Virus record (IMG/VR): IMGVR_UViG_3300035180_000153
Location: 1-54,354 of that record
Direction: 5' to 3' (one strand)
Length of the DNA: 54,354 bases
Source: a virus
Lineage: Duplodnaviria; Caudoviricetes
Position 1 is the first letter of the stretch; each line of letters begins with the position of its first letter. This document shows positions 1 through 8,567 of the stretch, piece by piece. The notes beneath the pieces were generated by a model. That model ran no database searches, was not told the DNA's origin, and saw nothing but the letters and a program-made list of their open reading frames with translations. The position numbers and the translations under genes were made by a program.

Positions 1-127
1 GTGCTCCCAGGTGTAACCAGAAGCCAAGCCCAAAGAAAAGAAGCCCAAAGCAAATAGCAGTGCAGTAGCGATGGTTGAGAATGGATTCAAGGCTATTCTC
101 CTACTCCAATATGTAACCGGAAACAAA
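1..127. repeat. Terminal direct repeat (assembly overlap of a circular contig), copy 1
   Basis: 1-127 is identical to 54228-54354; 127 nt is a typical assembler k-mer. Confidence 0.95.
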
Positions 128-676
128 GCCAAAAACAAAAAGCAGCTCGGCGGAGATGATTGGTAACGGGTTCAAAGCTGTTTTATCTCCTACACACATT
201 TTATATTCTGCCTGTCGGCGCTTGGTAAGCCCTGGCAATTCACGCCCACCAGCACTGTTCCATTTCAGCAATTCCTTGCACGCACCAGCATAGTCTGGCG
301 GTGTCTGCTTGAGCTTCTTCACTAGCGAGGAATGACAAGCATTTCCCACGCCGACGTTATAAGCCCACGAAACATAAGCATCCCATTCGCCCTTGCTAAG
401 AGGAACATCGCCGATGCAACCAGCCAGCACTTTAGCGTGAGCGTCTGCATCGAGCTGGAGTGTTATCACCGCACGTACAGGATCGGTTTTATCCCCGCGT
501 TTGACAGGCCCGGATGTTGTCTGGGTAGCGCCAAACCCTATTGTCTGAACTCCAACACCATCGTCGTATGCATCGCCACGGTATCCTTCATACGCAGCAA
601 GTGACGCAATGACGGCAGCCGTTGCGCCGACGGCCTTCCATGTCGATGCAGGAATGCGCGGTTGCTCAGGCATCAT
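101..676 (-). CDS. SAR-type endolysin (GH24 lysozyme)
   Basis: E-x8-D-x5-T catalytic triad (EGYRGDAYDDGVGVQT), YNVG and GLTKRR motifs, Ala/Gly-rich N-terminal SAR helix. Confidence 0.92.
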   Translation of the reverse strand: MMPEQPRIPASTWKAVGATAAVIASLAAYEGYRGDAYDDGVGVQTIGFGATQTTSGPVKRGDKTDPVRAVITLQLDADAHAKVLAGCIGDVPLSKGEWDAYVSWAYNVGVGNACHSSLVKKLKQTPPDYAGACKELLKWNSAGGRELPGLTKRRQAEYKMCVGDKTALNPLPIISAELLFVFGFVSGYILE

Positions 677-887
677 CGTCGCCTAGCGTCTTGGGTTGAC
701 GTACAAGGCGAGAAATCACTACTGCAATGGAAAGCACCACTGTCAAAAATGCGAATAAGCGTGCGTCAATCATACCCATGAATACAGGCATAGCAATGAA
801 CATCCCATTAAGCGCCGCCGTCAACAGGGCGAAGCGCACACTCCAGGCGTGTATTAGAAGATTTTTCCAGTCTGCATATAGTTTCAT
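666..887 (-). CDS. Holin
   Basis: 73 aa, two hydrophobic segments, charged C-terminus, overlaps the endolysin start. Confidence 0.8.
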   Translation of the reverse strand: MKLYADWKNLLIHAWSVRFALLTAALNGMFIAMPVFMGMIDARLFAFLTVVLSIAVVISRLVRQPKTLGDDDA

Positions 888-1279
888 CGTTCTTTCTCCT
901 TTACATCATGTACTTTAACCCATGCGCTTATATCACTAACATCTTTCTTGATTGTGACGATCTCGTTGAATGCAAAACTTATCAGCACAATTGCAATGGC
1001 CTGTACGGCCCCAAGCACACGGGCCGCAACTCGCCACATTCCCTTTCCCTGGTTCAGCAGCAATTGCTCTCGCTCGGTGTAGGCTTCATAAGCAGTCAAG
1101 TGGTTGTCGAGTTTTTCCGCTACTTCGTTGATGATCTGAGTGTTGGCGATCAGTGATTCGTTGATCTGCTGGAGTACGATCAGAAACGCCCGATCTTTAG
1201 GATCGTTTGCCTGCTCGATAAGAACAAGAATCTTATCTTGTGACACGTCAGTGGCCCTTCTATTATGTAATTCTGTCAT
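884..1279 (-). CDS. Membrane protein of lysis cassette (holin/antiholin-like)
   Basis: Coiled-coil followed by a single TM segment; coupled to the holin. Confidence 0.6.
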   Translation of the reverse strand: MTELHNRRATDVSQDKILVLIEQANDPKDRAFLIVLQQINESLIANTQIINEVAEKLDNHLTAYEAYTEREQLLLNQGKGMWRVAARVLGAVQAIAIVLISFAFNEIVTIKKDVSDISAWVKVHDVKEKER

Positions 1280-1536
1280 TGCCGATACTCAGGAGGTAGT
1301 TGTGTACCACGTAACTCTGACTCAAAGCTCAATTTACAGTGATCGCGCTCAAACGGGCTAAACAGCACATCAACCAATGGCCGCAACAGCTTTCCAGATG
1401 GCCTTCCCTCACGCTCCATGCGGTATAACGCCGCACTAATAGTTTCATCAGGCATACCCTCACCAAACGTTAGAGTAACCCATATTAGCTGATCGACAGC
1501 GATGAGTAGATTAAGAAGTCGTTGCTTAATAACCAT
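1276..1536 (-). CDS. Conserved phage protein (DQL...PDETIS...DHC family)
   Basis: Motif pattern commonly seen next to tail fibre/lysis genes; translational coupling. Confidence 0.65.
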   Translation of the reverse strand: MVIKQRLLNLLIAVDQLIWVTLTFGEGMPDETISAALYRMEREGRPSGKLLRPLVDVLFSPFERDHCKLSFESELRGTQLPPEYRQ

Positions 1537-1542
1537 GTTTAC

Positions 1543-1896
1543 TTACGCAAGAATCTCGGCTGAACGACCAGTAGCAAGCAGTCCTGCAGATTCCAATGCC
1601 TGCAATCCGGCGATTGTTGATGGATCATCGAGGTTTATTTCCTCTGCGAGTTTGAACTTGTCTAGCCAGACTTCAACCTGCACATTCGATTTGGCTGCCG
1701 TATAAATTGCAGCAAGTTCAGAATCTGTAAAGCGGTTCATATATGCAAGTTTTGTCAGTATGCGAACGCTCGGAATAGTCACGATGGATTCCTCGACCAG
1801 CCTATAAAATGGATAGTGCTCTGCACAAAAATCTTCACTAGCCTCAATTGTATTGACTACATTACCGTTTACCGCATCAAGAATTTCGTATCGCAT
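1543..1896 (-). CDS. Putative tail fibre assembly/chaperone protein
   Basis: RFTDSE...LLATGRSAEIL pattern; directly follows the Gly-rich fibre gene. Confidence 0.55.
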   Translation of the reverse strand: MRYEILDAVNGNVVNTIEASEDFCAEHYPFYRLVEESIVTIPSVRILTKLAYMNRFTDSELAAIYTAAKSNVQVEVWLDKFKLAEEINLDDPSTIAGLQALESAGLLATGRSAEILA

Positions 1897-1897
1897 T

Positions 1898-2851
1898 TTA
1901 ATACTCCAGAATCACTATGCCATTGCCGCCAGCACCGGAGGTTGCTGTGTAGGAATTACTAGTATTGAAGCAGCCTCCACCGCCAGCCCCTACACCGCCT
2001 TTGCCAGCGGTGCCGGCAGCGGATGCGGTGGAACCACAAGCTCCTCCGCCAGCACCAAATCCGCCAGCTCCTCCTGAGGCTGTTCCGGAGCCGCCTCCGC
2101 CACCATCACTTCCAGCTGATCCAGTGCCTGATCCGGCACCACCGGAGCCGAATATAGGGATTGCGGCAAAAGCTACTGATGTAGGATAACCTGTTGCACC
2201 AAGTATATTCAGCCCACCAGTAGCACCACTATTTGGCCCGCCAGCACCGGAGCCACCACCACTCGAAGCAGATATTGAAGCTGCTAATGGGGATGCGCCA
2301 CCGCTCACATATCCACTGGTTCCAACACTTCCACTGGCAAAAGCACCAAAACCAACATTTATTGCGCCGCCGCCTGTTGCACCAGTACCGGATACAGTAA
2401 CTGCACCGCTGCCACCGCCTGTCAGGTTTATGTCGCCACCAGAAGCAGTACCGCCGGACGCACCTGAAACCGCACCAGCAGCTTGTAGCCCGCCTCCGCC
2501 CCCATTGGCTGTCAAAGTCGTAGAACCAATAACAACTGTTGTATTTCCGCCTGCATTGCCGTTAGCAGCACCACCAGCTACTGGAGCAGCAGCCGCACCG
2601 CCAGCCCCAATTGTACAAACAATAGATGTCCCCGCAGCGATATACATTTCCTTGATGCACGTTCCGCCTGCCGCACCACCAGAAGCGTTATTAGGACTGG
2701 CCGCAGACTTTGCCGCACCGCTCCCACCTGCGCCGATTGCTGTAATACGATACATTCCAGAAAATTGTGCGGTAATAGTCTGGCTACCCCGTACATACAT
2801 AACAGACCGACGACCGAGACTGGTGTTAAGAAATTGCTTCAGATCACTCAT
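1898..2851 (-). CDS. Glycine-rich tail fibre/adhesin protein
   Basis: GAGGSG...GGNGIVILEY glycine-rich domain. Confidence 0.7.
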   Translation of the reverse strand: MSDLKQFLNTSLGRRSVMYVRGSQTITAQFSGMYRITAIGAGGSGAAKSAASPNNASGGAAGGTCIKEMYIAAGTSIVCTIGAGGAAAAPVAGGAANGNAGGNTTVVIGSTTLTANGGGGGLQAAGAVSGASGGTASGGDINLTGGGSGAVTVSGTGATGGGAINVGFGAFASGSVGTSGYVSGGASPLAASISASSGGGSGAGGPNSGATGGLNILGATGYPTSVAFAAIPIFGSGGAGSGTGSAGSDGGGGGSGTASGGAGGFGAGGGACGSTASAAGTAGKGGVGAGGGGCFNTSNSYTATSGAGGNGIVILEY

Positions 2852-3216
2852 TAATAGATTCTCCAGGTAGTTCCGCTGTAGACAAGGCCAACACTGACAT
2901 TGTTTGTGGATAGCGTCATGTCTTCTGAAAGGCCCATGATGGTGCTGCCGTTTCGACCGATTGTCAGGTTGTTGGTTTGAAAAGCGCCACCACCGTCAGA
3001 AAACTCAACATAATTCCCAGCCGAAGGAGAGGATGGGAGAGTGACCGTAAATGCGCCGCTGGACGTGTTTGCTGCAATTCTGTCGCCGGATACGGCTGTG
3101 TAGTTAGCCGTCTTAATCTTCCAATCGTTGGAGATGTACGAGCCTGGGATCGTGTCCCCGGCAGACAGTTCTTGTACCGTCCCGGCATAATTAGCCAGTG
3201 GTTTTTTTGTCGCCAT
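2851..3216 (-). CDS. Tail fibre-associated protein (T4 gp9/gp10-like domain)
   Basis: YTAVSGD...FTVTLPSSPSAG...NNLTIGRNGSTI...LVYSGTTW pattern. Confidence 0.6.
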   Translation of the reverse strand: MATKKPLANYAGTVQELSAGDTIPGSYISNDWKIKTANYTAVSGDRIAANTSSGAFTVTLPSSPSAGNYVEFSDGGGAFQTNNLTIGRNGSTIMGLSEDMTLSTNNVSVGLVYSGTTWRIY

Positions 3217-3219
3217 GAC

Positions 3220-3735
3220 TTAGGCCAAAACGAGCACGTCTCCGGGATTGAATGATAGTGTAGTCGCATTGATCGCAACCCCCACGGGCTGCACTACGTT
3301 GCCTGAACCTGACGGTGCTGTTGCGGAAACTCCACCCGCTGTCGTTGCCAAGAAATACTTTGCCCCCGGAGTAAGTCCAGACATCTGCGTGTTGGACTGC
3401 GATGTGCGGTACACTGTGGCGTTTCCAGGTGCGGTAACGGCGGCCAGCACAAAACCCATGGCCTCTTTTCCTGCGGTTGTAGCATCGGCTTTTCTGGCGT
3501 TTGCGGCACCCGAGTTCGACCATATATTAACCAAATCTCCCGCTGCCAGGTTCTCGGATGCTGGAATTACATCAGCTTCTACGCCAGAACCAACCGGCAT
3601 CATGCTGGTGTCGAGTCTGCCCGACGAGTCAAGCGCGGGGATTTTTCCAGCATCGGCTGCGCCCGCCGATGTTTGATTCGCTGCGACTTCTTGCCATACG
3701 CCAGCGTTGTATTTGATGTATTTGTTTCCAGCCAT
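3220..3735 (-). CDS. Virion structural protein (head fibre/cement-like)
   Basis: ASENLAAGDLV...GLTPGAKYFL...VQPVGVA fold pattern; structural module. Confidence 0.6.
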   Translation of the reverse strand: MAGNKYIKYNAGVWQEVAANQTSAGAADAGKIPALDSSGRLDTSMMPVGSGVEADVIPASENLAAGDLVNIWSNSGAANARKADATTAGKEAMGFVLAAVTAPGNATVYRTSQSNTQMSGLTPGAKYFLATTAGGVSATAPSGSGNVVQPVGVAINATTLSFNPGDVLVLA

Positions 3736-3745
3736 GATGTTTCTC

Positions 3746-4234
3746 CTAGTTCAAAATTATCGGTTCGCGTAAATTGATGAATATCTTTGTAGCAGTGATC
3801 GGGAATGCGACTATCAGGCTGAATCCAGTTACCGGCGCAACCTGCGTCAGCATCCCTGACAACGATAGCCAGATAGGCGTATCGAGCACCCACGACCAAG
3901 ACGGCTCTGTCATTTCACCGCCAGTCTGGATCGTCGCAGTATCTCCCATAGAGGCCGCCCCGGTTGTCATGCCAAGCACCTTGTTTGCGTGGCTGAGCAC
4001 CGTGTTATCGGCGTAGATGGCTTTCCCAGTGTCATCCAGCACCACCATGCGGTGTCCGCCGAGCGCTTCACCTGCTTGGTATTGCAGCGCAATCCCGCCT
4101 GTTGGGCCTGGAGACCCAGGCGGCCCTGGCGGCCCTTGTTCCCCTACGAATATAACCTGCCTGTCAACCAGCTCAACTACCGATACCTGTTTCTCATCAA
4201 TCACTACAGGGTGTACTTCAATAACCTCGATCAC
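3746..4234 (-). CDS. Virion protein with short collagen-like GPP repeat and cement-like domain
   Basis: GEQGPPGPPGSPGPTG; C-terminal domain resembles 3220-3735. Confidence 0.6.
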   Translation of the reverse strand: MIEVIEVHPVVIDEKQVSVVELVDRQVIFVGEQGPPGPPGSPGPTGGIALQYQAGEALGGHRMVVLDDTGKAIYADNTVLSHANKVLGMTTGAASMGDTATIQTGGEMTEPSWSWVLDTPIWLSLSGMLTQVAPVTGFSLIVAFPITATKIFINLREPIILN

Positions 4235-4848
4235 GTTGTAATCTCTCCAAGCACTACAACATCTTCAATCGGGTTTCCGCTATCCGCCATGATCTTGCTT
4301 ACATAGCCGGAAGCAGTCGTTACTAACTCGATGTCGCTGACGCCCTTTCGCCATGTAATCGCTGCGGTATCTACTGCCGATATTGTCTCGGTGATGGTAT
4401 GGTTCACGTTGTCGATTGTCAGCCCACCGTTTTCCGTCGTCAGACTGAGCAACACCGTTCCGCCTTCTTTGTCCTTGATGCTGCGACGTGCAGTGCATCC
4501 CGACATGTCGATTGGCGTGAAGTATTGCAGATAGCCGCCCGATGTGTATGCGCCGAAGTCAGATGCGTTAACGTCATTGATCGTTATCGTATTCGCATCC
4601 ACTACCGTAACCTTACGATACGCATTCAACTTCGGCTCGCCCTTTGAGTCCAGTTCAGCGTTTATCTCACGCATGCCCTTGACGGAAACGACTGCGACAA
4701 ATTGCCCTGTTACAAGCCCATGTCCAAGTGCTGTAATTCTTACGGGCGCGGAATTAGTGATAGCCGTGATTGGGATGTAGATATACGGCTTTGCGGTTGG
4801 CCTAAGCACTCGGCTGTATGTTTCTCCCCTGATTATCGTGATTGTCAT
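4231..4848 (-). CDS. Virion structural protein (E1-FCCH-like beta-barrel)
   Basis: ITAITNSAPVRIT..HGL.TG..V..VKGMREIN pattern; ATG 4848 chosen. Confidence 0.6.
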   Translation of the reverse strand: MTITIIRGETYSRVLRPTAKPYIYIPITAITNSAPVRITALGHGLVTGQFVAVVSVKGMREINAELDSKGEPKLNAYRKVTVVDANTITINDVNASDFGAYTSGGYLQYFTPIDMSGCTARRSIKDKEGGTVLLSLTTENGGLTIDNVNHTITETISAVDTAAITWRKGVSDIELVTTASGYVSKIMADSGNPIEDVVVLGEITT

Positions 4849-4856
4849 GTCTTCAC

Positions 4857-5522
4857 CTAAAACCATACGGCACGATTCCCGCGCCGTGTCCGTGTACGGT
4901 TCGCGCGTTCTTGGTGCGCATTGATAGGCTGTCCGAATTCTTGAATGAATAGCGCCGCCTGTGTGCGGCTCTTGTTCGGATCGTATGTGTCCACATCCTG
5001 TTTGAGATAAGCCAGTTCAAGGGCATGATGAATCAGTTTTACGTGATAACGGCCTTCTATCTCCGGCTCGTCTCCATCGTCAACCAACTCCGCCATCGGC
5101 ATTCTGTACACGCCGAAATTCATGCTCCCATTGGCGTCAGGCGTATGAATAAGCTGGATGTACCCTGATTTTGCATCGACGGAAAAGAATTCAGGGAATA
5201 GCTGCGTTGAATTCCAGTAATCTCCATATATATGCTGTGCATCCTGAATCGAGATCATTTCCAAGTGTTTATCATCCAGCGTTACCGTATCTTCCCGAAT
5301 GCGTAGAATTGATGGGTGAAGCTTGTAAAGTGCTTCTCCGGCAGCCACGTCTATATGGCATACTTCCGGCGTTTCATTATCGGCAATGAGGTATGCACGG
5401 CGCACGGCTTCGAAATAGGCTAGGTTGATGTAGCCGTTCACCTCATCGTCACCCCACAGGTATTTCTTCTTGGTGTCATCGGAGCGAAGGCGGAATAACT
5501 GGCGAAGATCGTATAGATTCAT
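4857..5522 (-). CDS. Head-tail adaptor protein
   Basis: YLWGDDEVNGYINLA...EPEI..RYH pattern; position after the capsid genes. Confidence 0.65.
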   Translation of the reverse strand: MNLYDLRQLFRLRSDDTKKKYLWGDDEVNGYINLAYFEAVRRAYLIADNETPEVCHIDVAAGEALYKLHPSILRIREDTVTLDDKHLEMISIQDAQHIYGDYWNSTQLFPEFFSVDAKSGYIQLIHTPDANGSMNFGVYRMPMAELVDDGDEPEIEGRYHVKLIHHALELAYLKQDVDTYDPNKSRTQAALFIQEFGQPINAHQERANRTRTRRGNRAVWF

Positions 5523-5525
5523 AGA

Positions 5526-5798
5526 CTATTCAGCAGGTTGCGTGTTTTCTTCTGGCGATTGCGTGTTTTCTTCTTGAATCTGTTCTTCTGTAGCGGACTT
5601 CCTGCCCCGCTTTTGCTTTACATCGGAAACAACCTCATAAGCTTCTTCGATAGAAATGAGACGTAGAACATGATCGTCGTTATCTACCAGGCAAACCTGC
5701 TCGCCTTTGTCATTGTCATTGAATTCGTAAATGGCATCTCCAATTGAGACGGTAAATCCGCCATGACGGTTGCGCAGTTTGCTTCGAATCAGTGGCAT
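5526..5798 (-). CDS. Hypothetical phage protein
   Basis: GGAGG RBS; fits the operon. Confidence 0.65.
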   Translation of the reverse strand: MPLIRSKLRNRHGGFTVSIGDAIYEFNDNDKGEQVCLVDNDDHVLRLISIEEAYEVVSDVKQKRGRKSATEEQIQEENTQSPEENTQPAE

Positions 5799-5814
5799 GT
5801 TTCCTCCTGTGACA

Positions 5815-5840
5815 GAAAAAACCCCGCCGGAGCGGGGTGG
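5815..5840 (-). terminator. Rho-independent terminator
   Basis: ACCCCGC-TCCG-GCGGGGT stem followed by a T run on the minus strand. Confidence 0.8.
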
Positions 5841-5844
5841 ATTG

Positions 5845-6300
5845 TTATGCGCCGTAGGTAGAAGGGCGGTACAGCATAGTCAGGCCGATCGTTCCAGATG
5901 TAGCTCCGGTTGCGGGGCCAGTTGCAACCTTGATGGCAACCATGCGATCACTGTCTGATGGTGCTATGCGGAATGCAGATATGGCAGTCGGGCGCGACAC
6001 GCCACCGGCTTGGGCAACGTTAGAAGCTGAAAATACTTCATGGCCGACATTGCCGTTAGTGTCAATCAAACCTACATCAAGAGTAATCGTAGGAACTCCG
6101 CCAGAGTCAAGATCGTCAGAATCAAGAACGAAATCGACTGGCACGAAACCGGAAGGCAGCGGCATCATTTGCACGATGTCGCCTGCAGACAATGCCGCGG
6201 CCAGCGCGTAAGTGGCACGGACAGAAAGAACCTCCGCTCCATCTGCGTTTGTCGGAATGGGGCGGAAGTTTTGCGCGGAAGCGCTATACAGAGTAGTCAT
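5845..6300 (-). CDS. Capsid decoration/cement protein
   Basis: Directly after the MCP; DDLDSGG..TITLDVG pattern. Confidence 0.65.
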   Translation of the reverse strand: MTTLYSASAQNFRPIPTNADGAEVLSVRATYALAAALSAGDIVQMMPLPSGFVPVDFVLDSDDLDSGGVPTITLDVGLIDTNGNVGHEVFSASNVAQAGGVSRPTAISAFRIAPSDSDRMVAIKVATGPATGATSGTIGLTMLYRPSTYGA

Positions 6301-6347
6301 AATGCTTGTTCCTCAAGGAATGGCCCCAAGTTCATGGGGCCGTTGGA

Positions 6348-7457
6348 TTACGCGGTAGGATCAGTGGCGGCGGTATCGACAGCGATAATTCCGAAGTCTT
6401 TGCCATTGAATTGTGTCTTTTTGACGCCGAAGATAGAGCTTGTGGAAATCACAATCTCGTTGCCCTGATCGCGGGTTTCCTCATACCAGTCGAAGCGCAG
6501 ATTGGTGCCTGGCGAACCGAAAGCGATCACGCCTGCTTGGGAACCCATGAACAGCGCACGCGCGGCGGACACGTTGGAACCTGCTCCATAGTCGTTGAAG
6601 CGGATACCCGCCTTATGACTGTGCAGGATAACGTTGTTGTACATACCAAGGCCGCCCTTGAAGATGGGATTGTTCTTCCCTTCGCTCAGTGTCAACGCCT
6701 TCTGGATGTCAAGCCATTGTCCTGCGCTGGTGTTGGTGCGCAAGTCGTACTCCTGCCACGGATTCATCACCATGACATAGTGCTCTTCGCCGTCGATCAT
6801 AACAGGCTGAATCTGCGGCGTTTCCTGTGTACCACCGCCCATCATGGAAGCCCGCGCAACACACTTGTCGATAACTGCCAAGCTCATCTTGTCAGTGCTA
6901 GTCATGCTGGCCTTGCTGACAGCTGCGCCGCCATACATGATATGTTGAGTATCAGGTGCTTGCAGCGGGTTGTTGGCGAATCCGGTATATGTGGTAGGGA
7001 ACACAAACTCAGTGTTCACGCCACGCGCACCGGCCAAATACATGAAGAACAACTCATCGAACACGCGGCTCCACCATTCGGACTGACGCTTTTTGGCAAC
7101 CGCGCGCAAGTCGTGAATCGTGCGCTTACGTGTCATGCGGCCACCTGTGTTCACGCCGCCGCGCATCTGATCGATGTAGAGCGTATCGGTGTAGAACTTG
7201 AGCGCTTCCTCATTATTGGTGAGAATTTGATCGCCCTCGATCGGCTGCATCTTCAACTGCATAGACAAGTCAAAATTAACCTTGTCACCAGCGTCAGACT
7301 GCAAGTCTGTCAATGCCTGTATAGGCGTCATGGCATCAGGGCCGATACCAATGAACTTCTTGTTGAAATAACTGGTACGTCCAATATCAACGGCCAGCAT
7401 AGACGAATAGCGGCGTACCGCCTTTGGATCATTCAATCCTACGACTGTCTTAGACAT
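6348..7457 (-). CDS. Major capsid protein (N4-gp56 family)
   Basis: DAGDKVNFDL, IDQMR, QEYDLR, NPIFKGGLGMYNNVILH, GVKKTQFN motifs; AAGGA RBS 8 nt upstream of ATG 7457. Confidence 0.9.
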   Translation of the reverse strand: MSKTVVGLNDPKAVRRYSSMLAVDIGRTSYFNKKFIGIGPDAMTPIQALTDLQSDAGDKVNFDLSMQLKMQPIEGDQILTNNEEALKFYTDTLYIDQMRGGVNTGGRMTRKRTIHDLRAVAKKRQSEWWSRVFDELFFMYLAGARGVNTEFVFPTTYTGFANNPLQAPDTQHIMYGGAAVSKASMTSTDKMSLAVIDKCVARASMMGGGTQETPQIQPVMIDGEEHYVMVMNPWQEYDLRTNTSAGQWLDIQKALTLSEGKNNPIFKGGLGMYNNVILHSHKAGIRFNDYGAGSNVSAARALFMGSQAGVIAFGSPGTNLRFDWYEETRDQGNEIVISTSSIFGVKKTQFNGKDFGIIAVDTAATDPTA

Positions 7458-7460
7458 ATC

Positions 7461-7513
7461 GTGCTTCCTTCGGGAAAGCACTCTTGCGCGGATAACAGCC
7501 GCTCTTGCAGCCG
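7461..7513 (-). promoter_or_regulatory. Structured MCP 5' leader: two AAGA-loop hairpins and an SD-sequestering hairpin
   Basis: CGGCUGC-AAGA-GCGGCUG; GCGC-AAGA-GUGC; GUGCUUUC-CCGAA-GGAAGCAC. Confidence 0.6.
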
Positions 7514-7515
7514 AT

Positions 7516-7535
7516 AAAAAAGGCCATTATGGCCT
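7516..7535 (-). terminator. Terminator-like hairpin between the csrA-like gene and MCP
   Basis: AGGCCA-TAA-TGGCCT followed by TTTTT. Confidence 0.6.
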
Positions 7536-7542
7536 GAACTTG

Positions 7543-7725
7543 CTACCTTCCTGGCGGCATCGCCAATGTAGGCCTTGTTTCTAGGTACGTTTTGCTGATA
7601 CTCACAGAAGGAGGCGCATCAATCTTGACGCGCACCACTTCCCTGCCCTTCATGCTATCAATCACGACACGAGCCTGCCCTACGTCTATGGCCTGCCCGA
7701 CTTTCATGTCAACAAACAGGGCCAC
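7543..7725 (-). CDS. Divergent CsrA/RsmA-like RNA-binding protein
   Basis: KVGQAIDVG...KG..VRVKIDAPPSVSI matches the CsrA pattern KVGESI.IG...VRIGIDAP..V.I. Confidence 0.6.
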   Translation of the reverse strand: MALFVDMKVGQAIDVGQARVVIDSMKGREVVRVKIDAPPSVSISKTYLETRPTLAMPPGR

Positions 7726-7729
7726 GTAG

Positions 7730-8566
7730 TTAGCCCATCATCAGGTATTTCTTCTGCTTCGCCGGAGACAGTTGCGCGAGCGCGGCTTCTAGTTCCAGGC
7801 CGCTCATCTTGTCGAGCGATGCAAATTCGTCGCTATCGTTCTCTGCAGCAGTTGGCGTATCTGCAAGCGTCTTTGGAATTTTTGCTTTCTGCAAGGCATT
7901 TCCGCGCTTGCCGTCTTTAATTGGCGTCACATTGTCAGACGGATTGGCAATATTGAAGCGCTCGCGCACCAGCTTCCCGGCTTCGCGCAGGTATTCGAGT
8001 TCTGAATATCCGCGCTTTTCCGGATCGGCATATAGCATCTTAAGTTGCGCATCGAGCGCGGCGAACATAATGGGATCCTTTGGAACTCCGTCCGCATTCG
8101 TACCGAACTCCGGCATCGCCTTGAAAAATTCCTTCTGCGACCAATCCCACCGCTGTGCACGAATTTCTTTCGCTGTCTCCGCAGCAGTCTCAGCCTTGGC
8201 CTGCGCCACGCTGATCCGATTCATCTCAACAGCGAATTCCTTGGTGCCGATCTCGCCTTTCTCGAACTTGTCGGAAAGTTCTTCTAGTTGCTTGGAGAAA
8301 TCCACAGCCGCAGCAGTCGCTGGTTCGTAAACGAACCCTGCTCCAGTCTTATTTTCTGAATCGGTAGAATTTTCTTCTGCTTCATCTTCTGCTTCATTAG
8401 ATTCTGAATCGTCGCCATGCGCTTCTACTCCATCGCTATCAGTCGAGTTTGTATCATCGCTTTCGGTTTCTTCACCGCCTTCGTTTTCTGGCGAGTCCTC
8501 TTTTTCTTCTTCGAGTGCTGCGCGTTCCTCGTCGCTTAGTGCTGCAAGTTCGGCTTCTGTGTACAT
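7730..8566 (-). CDS. Capsid scaffolding protein
   Basis: Acidic N-terminus, helical, lies between portal and MCP. Confidence 0.75.
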   Translation of the reverse strand: MYTEAELAALSDEERAALEEEKEDSPENEGGEETESDDTNSTDSDGVEAHGDDSESNEAEDEAEENSTDSENKTGAGFVYEPATAAAVDFSKQLEELSDKFEKGEIGTKEFAVEMNRISVAQAKAETAAETAKEIRAQRWDWSQKEFFKAMPEFGTNADGVPKDPIMFAALDAQLKMLYADPEKRGYSELEYLREAGKLVRERFNIANPSDNVTPIKDGKRGNALQKAKIPKTLADTPTAAENDSDEFASLDKMSGLELEAALAQLSPAKQKKYLMMG

Positions 8567-8567
8567 A

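Noticed and set aside
90-103. Endolysin-Rz fusion by stop-codon readthrough or recoding
   Set aside because: The Rz TTG is out of frame with the endolysin TAG, and genes elsewhere are intact in the standard code
1-127. Biological terminal repeat
   Set aside because: Length equals a common assembly k-mer and it falls inside the lysis genes, so it is most likely an assembly overlap
6306-7517. 403-aa plus-strand ORF antisense to the MCP
   Set aside because: Mirror of a codon-biased gene; no RBS or recognisable motifs
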